A stretch of DNA of 64,000 nucleotides from Escherichia phage FL23, in sequence record PP400787. The stretch is one strand, 5' to 3'. Each line of letters opens with the position of its first letter. The stretch's first letter is position 1. A model generated the notes under the pieces. The model was not told the DNA's origin. It saw only the letters and a list, made by a program, of their open reading frames with translations, and ran no database searches. The position numbers and the translations under genes were made by a program. Shown one piece after another: positions 31,622 to 39,941 of this stretch.

Positions 31622-32149
31622 ATGAGCGAATGGTTTGAAGAAGATAAGGTTTATCGCTTTAAAACTGGGTATAAAGATATTTTTAATGAAACTTGCGGGG
31701 CTAATAAACGAATTGCCCAGTTTATTGGGGAAAATTCATTTAAAGTAAAAATAGATCCTGCGAAAAATGTTATTAGCATTAAACGCGAAATTGATGACTG
31801 CTGGTATAAAGCTGTTGATGTAATGGGCGAATCTTATAAAGTTAGCCCGTTATTTTCAATTGCTTATATGTTAGAATATTCTTTTTTCGAAGAAGTTCAA
31901 AAAGATGATTCTGTCAGTAAATTTGAAATTAAAGCTGATAAAGAAATTAAGTGGAAAGTAGTAGGTATTACTGGTTGTATGTTTTATATCTATGCTCAAA
32001 CTGATACGAAGGAAGAAGCTAAAAAGAAAGCTCTAGAATATCTTGAAGAGTATGAAGAAGGTCCGGTAATGATTACTCAAGATGCTGAATTAGTTTCTGT
32101 CAAATTAGTTAAAAACGTTGAAAGTAAGGAGCTGGGATCAACATGCTAA
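31622..32149 (+). CDS. hypothetical protein (175 aa)
   Basis: ORF with GAGGA SD. Confidence 0.5.
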   Translation: MSEWFEEDKVYRFKTGYKDIFNETCGANKRIAQFIGENSFKVKIDPAKNVISIKREIDDCWYKAVDVMGESYKVSPLFSIAYMLEYSFFEEVQKDDSVSKFEIKADKEIKWKVVGITGCMFYIYAQTDTKEEAKKKALEYLEEYEEGPVMITQDAELVSVKLVKNVESKELGSTC

Positions 32150-32379
32150 GTGAAAAACCAATTACTGTTAAAGAATTCCAAGAAAAAGTTAAGCTATTTG
32201 CGCAGGAATTGGTAAATAAGGTTTCTGAACGATTTCCTGAAACATCGGTTCGTGTTATTACCGAAACTCCTCGTTCAGTATTAGTAATTGTGAATCCAGG
32301 TGATGGCGATCAAATATCGCATCTTAAATTAGATTTTGATGGATTAGTTGAAGCACAAAGGGTGTATGGCGTACTATGA
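32143..32379 (+). CDS. hypothetical protein (78 aa)
   Basis: ORF, overlaps neighbours. Confidence 0.45.
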   Translation: MLSEKPITVKEFQEKVKLFAQELVNKVSERFPETSVRVITETPRSVLVIVNPGDGDQISHLKLDFDGLVEAQRVYGVL

Positions 32380-32714
32380 TGAATTTAACTGATATAATTG
32401 ATAATTGTCTTGAAAATGATACTGGCGATCATAGAGCGCTTGATTCTGAAACAGCAAAGTTCATTAGAATAACTTTAATGAATGATACTCTGGTGAATAG
32501 TATTCATCCTTCTGTGTATGATGCTATTATTGTGACGAAGTATCCAGTTGAGCTTCACAAAAAGATGACTGGCGCAGTTTTTATTGATAAGAAAAACCGC
32601 TTTAAAGATGGGCTGAATATAATTACTTCTGTTGTTAAAAGTATAACTAAACTTCGTCACGAAATTTATCGTGTTGAAACTGCTAAATCTGCTTATCTGG
32701 TGATTATGAAATGA
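32376..32714 (+). CDS. hypothetical protein (112 aa)
   Basis: ORF, overlaps neighbours. Confidence 0.45.
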   Translation: MMNLTDIIDNCLENDTGDHRALDSETAKFIRITLMNDTLVNSIHPSVYDAIIVTKYPVELHKKMTGAVFIDKKNRFKDGLNIITSVVKSITKLRHEIYRVETAKSAYLVIMK

Positions 32715-33292
32715 AAGCGAGTACAGTACTTCAAATTGCATATTTAGTATCACAGGAATCAAAATGTTGCTCCTGGAAGGTAGGAGCAGTAATTGAAAAG
32801 AATGGACGTATTATTTCTACTGGGTATAATGGTTCACCCGCAGGGGGTGTGAACTGTTGTGATTATGCTGCTGAGCAAGGTTGGTTGCTAAATAAACCTA
32901 AACATACTATCATTCAAGGTCATAAGCCTGAATGTGTATCATTTGGTTCAACTGATCGTTTTGTCTTGGCGAAAGAACACCGCAGCGCTCACTCGGAATG
33001 GTCATCTAAAAATGAAATTCATGCTGAACTAAATGCAATTTTGTTTGCTGCACGAAATGGTTCTTCTATTGAAGGTGCTACTATGTATGTAACACTTTCT
33101 CCTTGCCCAGATTGCGCAAAAGCGATAGCTCAATCTGGTATTAAAAAGCTGGTTTATTGTGAAACATACGACAAAAATAAACCTGGTTGGGATGATATTC
33201 TGCGAAATGCAGGTATTGAAGTGTTTAATGTTCCTAAGAAAAACTTGAATAAGTTAAATTGGGAAAATATCAACGAATTCTGCGGTGAATAA
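32711..33292 (+). CDS. cd: dCMP deaminase
   Basis: 193 aa; HAE...PCPDC zinc-binding cytidine/dCMP deaminase motifs. Confidence 0.9.
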   Translation: MKASTVLQIAYLVSQESKCCSWKVGAVIEKNGRIISTGYNGSPAGGVNCCDYAAEQGWLLNKPKHTIIQGHKPECVSFGSTDRFVLAKEHRSAHSEWSSKNEIHAELNAILFAARNGSSIEGATMYVTLSPCPDCAKAIAQSGIKKLVYCETYDKNKPGWDDILRNAGIEVFNVPKKNLNKLNWENINEFCGE

Positions 33293-33528
33293 TGAAATTT
33301 CGTTTGGTAAAGCTCACAGCAATTAGTTCTTATTCTAACGAGAACATCTCATTTGCTGTAGAGTATAAGAAATATTTTTTCTCTAAATGGAAACAGTATT
33401 ATAAAACTGACTGGACTAGTATTGATAGACCATATAGTTGGAAATCTGATTTAGAAAAATGTCAAAAATTACTTTCCACCCTTAAAGAACGTGGAACAAC
33501 TCATATTAAAACTGTAATAGGTAAATAA
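33292..33528 (+). CDS. hypothetical protein (78 aa)
   Basis: ORF, ATGA coupling to cd. Confidence 0.45.
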   Translation: MKFRLVKLTAISSYSNENISFAVEYKKYFFSKWKQYYKTDWTSIDRPYSWKSDLEKCQKLLSTLKERGTTHIKTVIGK

Positions 33529-33837
33529 ATGAAACTAACAACTGAGCAGAAAGTAGCAATTCGTGAAATTTTGAAAACTAAATTGTCCATGGGTGTTTCA
33601 AACGTAGTTTTTGAAAAGTCTGATGGTACTATTCGTACTATGAAAGGTACTCGTGATGCAGACTTTATGCCAACCATGCAAACTGGTAAATTGACTGAAT
33701 CTACTCGGAAAGAATCTACGGATATGATTCCAGTATTTGATGTTGAACTTGGCGCTTGGCGAGGTTTTTCTATTGACAAATTGATTTCTGTTAATGGTAT
33801 GAAAGTTGAGCATTTGCTCCAATTTATTGGTAAATAA
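33529..33837 (+). CDS. hypothetical protein (102 aa)
   Basis: ORF. Confidence 0.45.
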   Translation: MKLTTEQKVAIREILKTKLSMGVSNVVFEKSDGTIRTMKGTRDADFMPTMQTGKLTESTRKESTDMIPVFDVELGAWRGFSIDKLISVNGMKVEHLLQFIGK

Positions 33838-33894
33838 ATGCTTTAAGAATTATTTGTTAATATTAATTTATCTGTTAACAAAAAAGGAAAAACG

Positions 33895-34230
33895 ATGTCT
33901 GAAGTACAACAGCTACCAATTCGTGCTGTCGGTGAATATGTTATTTTAGTTTCTGAACCTGCACAAGCCGGTGATGAAGAAGTTACAGAATCAGGACTTA
34001 TTATTGGTAAACGTGTTCAAGGTGAAGTTCCTGAACTGTGTGTAGTTCACTCTGTTGGTCCTGATGTTCCTGAAGGTTTCTGCGAAGTTGGTGATTTGAC
34101 TTCTCTTCCAGTTGGTCAAATTCGAAATGTTCCGCATCCTTTTGTAGCTCTGGGTCTTAAGCAGCCAAAAGAAATTAAACAAAAATTCGTTACCTGTCAC
34201 TATAAAGCTATTCCGTGTCTTTATAAGTGA
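33895..34230 (+). CDS. 31: gp31 co-chaperonin (GroES analogue for capsid folding)
   Basis: 111 aa; [22 protein letters not shown]... Confidence 0.9.
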
Positions 34231-34238
34231 TATAAATA
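34231..34238 (+). promoter_or_regulatory. candidate late promoter TATAAATA upstream of rIII
   Basis: gtgatataaataataat. Confidence 0.35.
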
Positions 34239-34377
34239 ATAATATGAATTGGGTGTCGGAATAATAAGTTAACCGAACAATTCTATGTGGTAGTCTACAA
34301 CTGAGAGATCTGTCGAAAGAAGATGAAATTCAGAAGAACGTGACTACCGAGTTTTAATCTCTAACGAGAATTTTTAA

Positions 34378-34626
34378 ATGATTAAACAATTACAACACGC
34401 TCTTGAACTGCAACGAAACGCATGGAATAATGGTCACGAAAACTATGGCGCATCTATTGATGTTGAAGCCGAAGCTCTTGAAATCCTGCGTTATTTCAAA
34501 CATCTGAATCCTGCTCAAACTGCATTAGCTGCTGAGCTTCAGGAAAAAGATGAACTTAAATATGCTAAGCCTCTGGCTTCTGCTGCACGAAAAGCAGTTC
34601 GTCACTTTGTGGTAACACTGAAGTAA
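34378..34626 (+). CDS. rIII: RIII lysis-inhibition accessory protein
   Basis: 82 aa; MIKQLQHALELQRNAWNNGHENYG... Confidence 0.85.
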   Translation: MIKQLQHALELQRNAWNNGHENYGASIDVEAEALEILRYFKHLNPAQTALAAELQEKDELKYAKPLASAARKAVRHFVVTLK

Positions 34627-34865
34627 TTTACTGGAGATTCACTGCCTTAGTGTGAGCTAAAATCGAGGAGCCGTCGAACTGTCTGATTAATGATTTGCGA
34701 ATCATTATAGTTTTAAGACCCCGGCAGTTTTACGGTGTACCTCTTGAATGTTACTATCATGCGTCAGAAAAGTGTTATCTGTGTAAGTCTTGGTGGTATG
34801 ATGACGAGGTTTATGGTTATCCTGTCGGTAAATATTCAAAACCTATGTTCCCCTTGAGGGCTTGC

Positions 34866-34900
34866 GCAGGCAATGCCAATAAGTCCTGCATTTTCATTTA
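34866..34900 (+). terminator. terminator-like hairpin plus U-rich tail at the end of an ORF-free segment
   Basis: gcagg...cctgc followed by attttcattt. Confidence 0.4.
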
Positions 34901-34914
34901 AAAGAGAATTTATA

Positions 34915-35091
34915 ATGGCAAAACAAGCTAAAGCAAAGAAAGCAGTTGAAAAGAAAGTTGGTGATTCTAAACGCGCTGGCTACAAGCGTGGGTCGAACTC
35001 TCGTATCAATCAAACTGTTGAGAAGATCATGCGCCGAGCACGTGCGGTTCTTCGAGATGATGCTTCTCGTTTTGGTAAGCAGAAAGCATAA
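34915..35091 (+). CDS. small basic lysine-rich protein (30.9-like, 58 aa)
   Basis: ATG 34915 with AAAGAGA SD; MAKQAKAKKAVEKKVGDSKRAGYKRG. Confidence 0.5.
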   Translation: MAKQAKAKKAVEKKVGDSKRAGYKRGSNSRINQTVEKIMRRARAVLRDDASRFGKQKA

Positions 35092-35095
35092 GTTG

Positions 35096-35126
35096 AGGAC
35101 TCCTTCGGGAGTCCTTTTTTATTTTC
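35096..35126 (+). terminator. rho-independent terminator (UUCG loop)
   Basis: aggactcc-ttcg-ggagtcct followed by ttttttatttt. Confidence 0.85.
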
Positions 35127-35144
35127 CAAAGATTGCATAAAGTT

Positions 35145-35174
35145 GTTTACAGTACGGTTCCTTTGTGATAGTAT
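35145..35174 (+). promoter_or_regulatory. early promoter (GTTTACA-N17-TAGTAT)
   Basis: gtttaca gtacggttcctttgtga tagtat. Confidence 0.5.
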
Positions 35175-35201
35175 TATCTTACACAAACAAAGGAGAATAA
35201 A

Positions 35202-35534
35202 ATGAAAACGATTAATCTGAACGCTGCAGTTAAAACTAAATGCTTCAATGGTAAATATAATGAAACTATGTGGTTCTTAATGGCAGTTGAAGGTGATATT
35301 ATTGAAGTAGAAACAACAGAAGGTATGGGAACAGATTTCACCTTTACAATTCAAGTTCATAATTTCTTTACTGGTTGGATTTATGAATTGAATAAAGTAA
35401 TCGTTGGAAAAATTGAACAAAATGAATTAGGTGAATGGTATTATGTTACAGCTCGCCAACGTGCCGAACGCTTAATTGAGAAGATGAAAAAAGTTGGTAA
35501 ACTTGACATGCAGCATTGGAAAGTAGTAAAATAA
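35202..35534 (+). CDS. hypothetical protein (110 aa)
   Basis: ORF with AGGAGA SD. Confidence 0.5.
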   Translation: MKTINLNAAVKTKCFNGKYNETMWFLMAVEGDIIEVETTEGMGTDFTFTIQVHNFFTGWIYELNKVIVGKIEQNELGEWYYVTARQRAERLIEKMKKVGKLDMQHWKVVK

Positions 35535-35536
35535 TT

Positions 35537-35575
35537 GTTTACTTTTGTACAGGACATGATATTATATACCTGTAC
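35537..35575 (+). promoter_or_regulatory. early promoter with stem-loop (GTTTACT...; gtacagg/cctgtac)
   Basis: gtttacttttgtacaggacatgatattatatacctgtac. Confidence 0.5.
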
Positions 35576-35601
35576 CGCAATTAAACATCTTGGAGAATAA
35601 A

Positions 35602-35967
35602 ATGAACTACATTAACTTTGAACGTAAATATGTTTCTAATGGTATTGCAGGTTCTATTGATACCATCTGCCTTTGGAAACATCAAAATGGATCAGTATGC
35701 GAAATCGAACAGTATATGACTCCTAACTACGTTTATATGCGATTTGAAAACGGTATCACGGTTTCAATCACGATGGAAGGTTCCAACTTTAAAATCGCTC
35801 TGGATGATGATTTCCGTCAACGTGATTTAGGGACTCATCCTTGCTGGAATGGTGCTAATCGTAAACTCTTAGTTAAAACTTGGATTCGTCATATTCTGAG
35901 TAACAAAGCTAAACCTGAGCACTTGGAAGCAATCTTTGATGTAGTTCTTAACGAATTTGATATTTAA
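35602..35967 (+). CDS. hypothetical protein (121 aa)
   Basis: ATG 35602 with GGAGAA SD; ORF track TTG 35590 rejected. Confidence 0.5.
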   Translation: MNYINFERKYVSNGIAGSIDTICLWKHQNGSVCEIEQYMTPNYVYMRFENGITVSITMEGSNFKIALDDDFRQRDLGTHPCWNGANRKLLVKTWIRHILSNKAKPEHLEAIFDVVLNEFDI

Positions 35968-35977
35968 AATAAATGAG

Positions 35978-35991
35978 GGGCTTCGGCCCCT
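35978..35991 (+). other. GGGGCUUCGGCCCC tetraloop hairpin between a stop codon and the next SD
   Basis: taaatgaggggcttcggcccctattgaggaaaatattatg. Confidence 0.7.
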
Positions 35992-36006
35992 ATTGAGGAA
36001 AATATT

Positions 36007-36294
36007 ATGTTTATGACTACTTATTTTGATACCCGCAAAAATTTCTGTGAAGTTGTTTTCTCAAAGGCACCTAAAGACCTTCCTGCACATTTGCAACCTA
36101 CTAGCGAATCGATTAAAAACTACGTTGATGTGGTTTGTCCTTTAGAGTTCCGTACTGTAAATGGGCGTGATACTTTAGCTATCACTAAACTCAATCGCGA
36201 AATTGACATTGACCCTTCAATTGCGCGCGAAATTAATATCTCTGATATTGGCGGCGGTAATGTTAAATCGCACGGTTTTCAGATGAGGTTCTAA
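36007..36294 (+). CDS. hypothetical protein (95 aa)
   Basis: ORF with GAGGA SD. Confidence 0.5.
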   Translation: MFMTTYFDTRKNFCEVVFSKAPKDLPAHLQPTSESIKNYVDVVCPLEFRTVNGRDTLAITKLNREIDIDPSIAREINISDIGGGNVKSHGFQMRF

Positions 36295-36491
36295 TGAAAT
36301 TCTTTTTAGGTCAAACTGTTGAATTAAAGGGAGTTGGTATACCTGGATTAATTTCTAAGGTTCTACCTCCATTTAAATGGAGTGGTATTCAAATAAAAGA
36401 GGCTTATATTGTTTCCTGGGTAGATGGAAATGAAGACCTTCGTATGGGTGATGAATTATCTCCTATCTACGGATTAAAGGAATTAGTATGA
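36294..36491 (+). CDS. hypothetical protein (65 aa)
   Basis: ORF, coupled to neighbours. Confidence 0.45.
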   Translation: MKFFLGQTVELKGVGIPGLISKVLPPFKWSGIQIKEAYIVSWVDGNEDLRMGDELSPIYGLKELV

Positions 36492-36694
36492 ATATAATTA
36501 ATAAGATTTTTGGAATTCAGTACATTAAGGTCACATATAAAGTAACAGATAAAAATCCATATACTGATGAACGTGAAGAACCACGAGTTGAGTCTATTAT
36601 ATTAGAAAAGGACCCTAACTGGCCAGTTGAATTTCGTCTACCAAACTATGGTCATTGGGCTGATGTTGAAATTATAAGCATTGAAAATGTCTGA
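36488..36694 (+). CDS. hypothetical protein (68 aa)
   Basis: ORF, coupled to neighbours. Confidence 0.45.
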   Translation: MNIINKIFGIQYIKVTYKVTDKNPYTDEREEPRVESIILEKDPNWPVEFRLPNYGHWADVEIISIENV

Positions 36695-37145
36695 GTTAGA
36701 GATTAGAAGCAATTTTAGGTGGCCATCATGTGCATTAAGTAATTTCGCCCATTGGCCTTTCGTTATGGATGGTATTCAATTTGGAGGTCTTGAAGGATTC
36801 CTCCAAGGATGCAAGGTGAAAAATGTTGAACAACAACGTCGTATATTTGGGTTATCCGGGCTTGCCGCCCAACAAGCTGGAAGGTCTTATGCAAGAGCTC
36901 AGGACCGCGGAACCCTCTTCTGGCTTGGAGTTCCATTTTCAAGATACTCCCCAGCGTGGAAAGAATTATACACAAATGCATATTTTGAAGCAGCGATCCA
37001 AAACAGAGGCTTTCGCGATGCATTACAAGCCTCGAAAGGAAAAGTTTTGAAGCACAGCATGGCTAGTGGTCTAACAAAAGATGATACAATACTAACCGAA
37101 GCTGAATTTATTGATGTGTTAAACCTATTAAGAGACTCTCTATGA
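36687..37145 (+). CDS. NADAR / YbiA-like (DUF1768) domain protein
   Basis: ALSNFAHWPFVMDGIQFGGLEGFLQGCKV resembles the YbiA core (FSNFAAWPIKVDGKTW...SEHYFQAQKF); locally elevated GC. Confidence 0.65.
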   Translation: MSELEIRSNFRWPSCALSNFAHWPFVMDGIQFGGLEGFLQGCKVKNVEQQRRIFGLSGLAAQQAGRSYARAQDRGTLFWLGVPFSRYSPAWKELYTNAYFEAAIQNRGFRDALQASKGKVLKHSMASGLTKDDTILTEAEFIDVLNLLRDSL

Positions 37146-37978
37146 AGCCTACTATTTTAACTGATATTGATGGAGTATGTTTAAGCTGGCAATCAGGCCT
37201 TCCTTATTTTGCTCAGAAATATAATCTTCCGTTAGAACATATTTTAAAAATGATCCAAGATGAAAAATTTATTTCTCCAGGTAAACTCTTTAACTGCGAT
37301 GAAGAACTTGGTGTCAAGTTAATTGAAAAATACAATCGTTCAGATTTTATTCGTTACTTGTCTCCATATAAAGATGCTCTGTGTGTAATTAACAAATTAA
37401 AAGAAGATTATAATTTTGTTGCTGTTACAGCATTGGGTGATTCTATTGACGCTCTGCTGAATCGTCAATTTAATTTGAATGCTCTTTTTCCTGGTGCCTT
37501 CTCAGAAGTAATGATGTGTGGTCACGATTCTTCAAAAGAAGAGTTGTTCAAAAAGGCAAAAGAGAAATATAACGTAATTTGTTATATCGACGATCTCGCT
37601 CACCACTGTGATCATGCGAGTGAAATATTAAGTGTTCCTGTTTATTGGATGGCTCGAGGGGAGCGTGACAATATTCCAAAAACTGCTCAGCGAGTTTATA
37701 CATGGAATGATGTAGAGAATAAGCTTTTTTCGCCGAAGGAAAATAAAGAAAGTTTTGATCGTGAAAAAGCTATAAAAGATGCAATCGAGAAGATGATTAA
37801 AAACGATTCTTTTCCTTGGAACACTACCTGGAGAACTCCTGGATTTAATCCTTATAATCTATATCATCCATATCAGACGCATCCGTTTCAGACATGGAAC
37901 TATATTAAACCCGGTGGCATAGAGTATTTGTATAATAGACCTACTTGTGGTGATAATATTTTCCAAGGAGCATTTTAA
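37142..37978 (+). CDS. HAD-superfamily hydrolase-like protein with C-terminal extension (30.2-like)
   Basis: N-terminal LTDIDGV (HAD motif I DxDG); 278 aa. Confidence 0.5.
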   Translation: MKPTILTDIDGVCLSWQSGLPYFAQKYNLPLEHILKMIQDEKFISPGKLFNCDEELGVKLIEKYNRSDFIRYLSPYKDALCVINKLKEDYNFVAVTALGDSIDALLNRQFNLNALFPGAFSEVMMCGHDSSKEELFKKAKEKYNVICYIDDLAHHCDHASEILSVPVYWMARGERDNIPKTAQRVYTWNDVENKLFSPKENKESFDREKAIKDAIEKMIKNDSFPWNTTWRTPGFNPYNLYHPYQTHPFQTWNYIKPGGIEYLYNRPTCGDNIFQGAF

Positions 37979-38247
37979 TGTTTGTTGTTCACACTATTTA
38001 TGAAAATGAAGGTAATACTACACGTGATTACGGTCACGTAAATCAATTTTTTAGATGCAATCCAGAATTCCGAGCTCAAAAAGACGAACGAATTTTTAAA
38101 AAATGCGTAGAGCAAGGTTTCATTTATATCAAGCACTGGATGCAAGGAAATAAAGTTAGAACCACATATCATAAGTCTTTGACTGAGCTTAATGATGAAT
38201 TGATTTATAATAGAGCTGTAAACCAAACTCTGAAGGATGAACAATGA
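37978..38247 (+). CDS. hypothetical protein (89 aa)
   Basis: ORF, ATGA-type coupling. Confidence 0.45.
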   Translation: MFVVHTIYENEGNTTRDYGHVNQFFRCNPEFRAQKDERIFKKCVEQGFIYIKHWMQGNKVRTTYHKSLTELNDELIYNRAVNQTLKDEQ

Positions 38248-39707
38248 TTCTTAAAATTCTGAACGAAATAGCATCTATTGGTTCAACTAAGCAGAAGCAA
38301 GCAATTCTTGAAAAGAATAAAGATAATGAATTGCTTAAACGAGTATATCGTCTGACTTATTCTCGTGGGCTGCAGTATTATATCAAGAAATGGCCTAAAC
38401 CTGGTATTGCTACCCAGAGTTTTGGAATGTTGACTCTTACCGATATGCTTGACTTCATTGAATTCACATTAGCTACTCGGAAATTGACTGGAAATGCAGC
38501 AATTGAGGAATTAACTGGATATATCACCGATGGTAAAAAAGATGATGTTGAAGTTTTGCGTCGAGTGATGATGCGAGACCTTGAATGTGGTGCTTCAGTA
38601 TCTATTGCAAACAAAGTTTGGCCAGGTTTAATTCCTGAACAACCTCAAATGCTTGCAAGTTCTTATGATGAAAAAGGCATTAATAGGAATATCAAATTTC
38701 CAGCTTTTGCCCAGTTAAAAGCTGATGGAGCTCGGTGCTTTGCCGAAGTCAGAGGTGATGAATTAGATGATGTTCGTCTTTTATCACGAGCCGGTAATGA
38801 ATATCTAGGATTAGATCTTCTTAAGGAAGAATTAATCAAAATGACCGCTGAAGCTCGCCAGATTCATCCAGAAGGTGTGTTAATTGATGGCGAATTGGTA
38901 TACCATGAGCAAGTTAAAAAGGAGCCAGAAGGCCTAGATTTTCTTTTTGATGCTCATCCTGAAAACAGTAAAGTTAAAGACTTCACAGAAGTAGCTGAAT
39001 CACGTACTGCTTCTAATGGAATCGCTAATAAATCTTTAAAGGGAACCATTTCCGAAAAAGAAGCACAATGCATGAAGTTTCAGGTCTGGGATTATGTACC
39101 GTTGGTAGAAATATACGGTCTTCCTGCATTTCGTTTGAAATATGATGTACGTTTTTCTAAACTAGAACAAATGACATCTGGATATGATAAAGTAATTTTA
39201 ATTGAAAACCAGGTAGTAAATAACCTAGATGAAGCTAAGGTAATTTATAAAAAGTATATTGACCAAGGTCTTGAAGGTATTATTCTCAAAAATATCGATG
39301 GATTATGGGAAAATGCTCGTTCAAAAAATCTCTATAAATTTAAAGAAGTAATTGATGTTGATTTAAAAATTGTAGGAATTTATCCTCACCGTAAAGACCC
39401 TACTAAAGCAGGTGGATTTATTCTTGAGTCAGAGTGTGGAAAAATTAAAGTAAATGCTGGTTCAGGCTTAAAAGATAAAGCCGGTGTAAAATCACATGAA
39501 CTTGACCGTACTCGCATTATGGAAAACCAAAATTATTATATTGGAAAAATTCTAGAGTGCGAATGCAACGGTTGGTTAAAATCTGATGGCCGCACTGATT
39601 ACGTTAAATTATTTCTTCCGATTGCGATTCGTTTACGTGAAGATAAAACTAAAGCTAATACATTCGAAGATGTATTTGGTGATTTTCATGAGGTAACTGG
39701 TTTATGA
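38244..39707 (+). CDS. 30: ATP-dependent DNA ligase
   Basis: 487 aa; MILKILNEIASIGSTKQKQAILEKN; KADG adenylation motif. Confidence 0.9.
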   Translation: MILKILNEIASIGSTKQKQAILEKNKDNELLKRVYRLTYSRGLQYYIKKWPKPGIATQSFGMLTLTDMLDFIEFTLATRKLTGNAAIEELTGYITDGKKDDVEVLRRVMMRDLECGASVSIANKVWPGLIPEQPQMLASSYDEKGINRNIKFPAFAQLKADGARCFAEVRGDELDDVRLLSRAGNEYLGLDLLKEELIKMTAEARQIHPEGVLIDGELVYHEQVKKEPEGLDFLFDAHPENSKVKDFTEVAESRTASNGIANKSLKGTISEKEAQCMKFQVWDYVPLVEIYGLPAFRLKYDVRFSKLEQMTSGYDKVILIENQVVNNLDEAKVIYKKYIDQGLEGIILKNIDGLWENARSKNLYKFKEVIDVDLKIVGIYPHRKDPTKAGGFILESECGKIKVNAGSGLKDKAGVKSHELDRTRIMENQNYYIGKILECECNGWLKSDGRTDYVKLFLPIAIRLREDKTKANTFEDVFGDFHEVTGL

Positions 39708-39892
39708 AAGCTTACTTAGAAACAATTGTCGTGGCTCAAAAAGAAGGTGGAGATGTTTCTACTTCTGTATCACAAATCATGATTGAATTTATAGATGCAT
39801 ACGCTTATAATAAATTCACAGAAACATTTGATGCCTATGAAAAAGGTCCAAAGTTTGAAATATATCGTACTCTCTTACCACTAGATTATTAA
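39704..39892 (+). CDS. hypothetical protein (62 aa)
   Basis: ATGA overlap with ligase stop. Confidence 0.4.
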   Translation: MKAYLETIVVAQKEGGDVSTSVSQIMIEFIDAYAYNKFTETFDAYEKGPKFEIYRTLLPLDY

Positions 39893-39913
39893 AGGCCTTC
39901 GGGCCTTTAATTT
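39891..39913 (+). terminator. rho-independent terminator (UUCG loop)
   Basis: aaaggcc-ttcg-ggccttt followed by aatttt. Confidence 0.75.
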
Positions 39914-39921
39914 TATAAATA
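39914..39921 (+). promoter_or_regulatory. late promoter TATAAATA for alt
   Basis: ttttataaatag, about 20 nt upstream of the alt ATG. Confidence 0.6.
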
Positions 39922-39941
39922 GAATAAACACTAGAGAGGAT

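Noticed and set aside
34695-34901. 68-aa Cys-rich ORF in the rIII-30.9 gap as a real protein
   Set aside because: It starts with TTG, has no SD and no in-frame ATG/GTG upstream; its composition looks like a frame artefact of a GC-richer non-coding or decayed segment.
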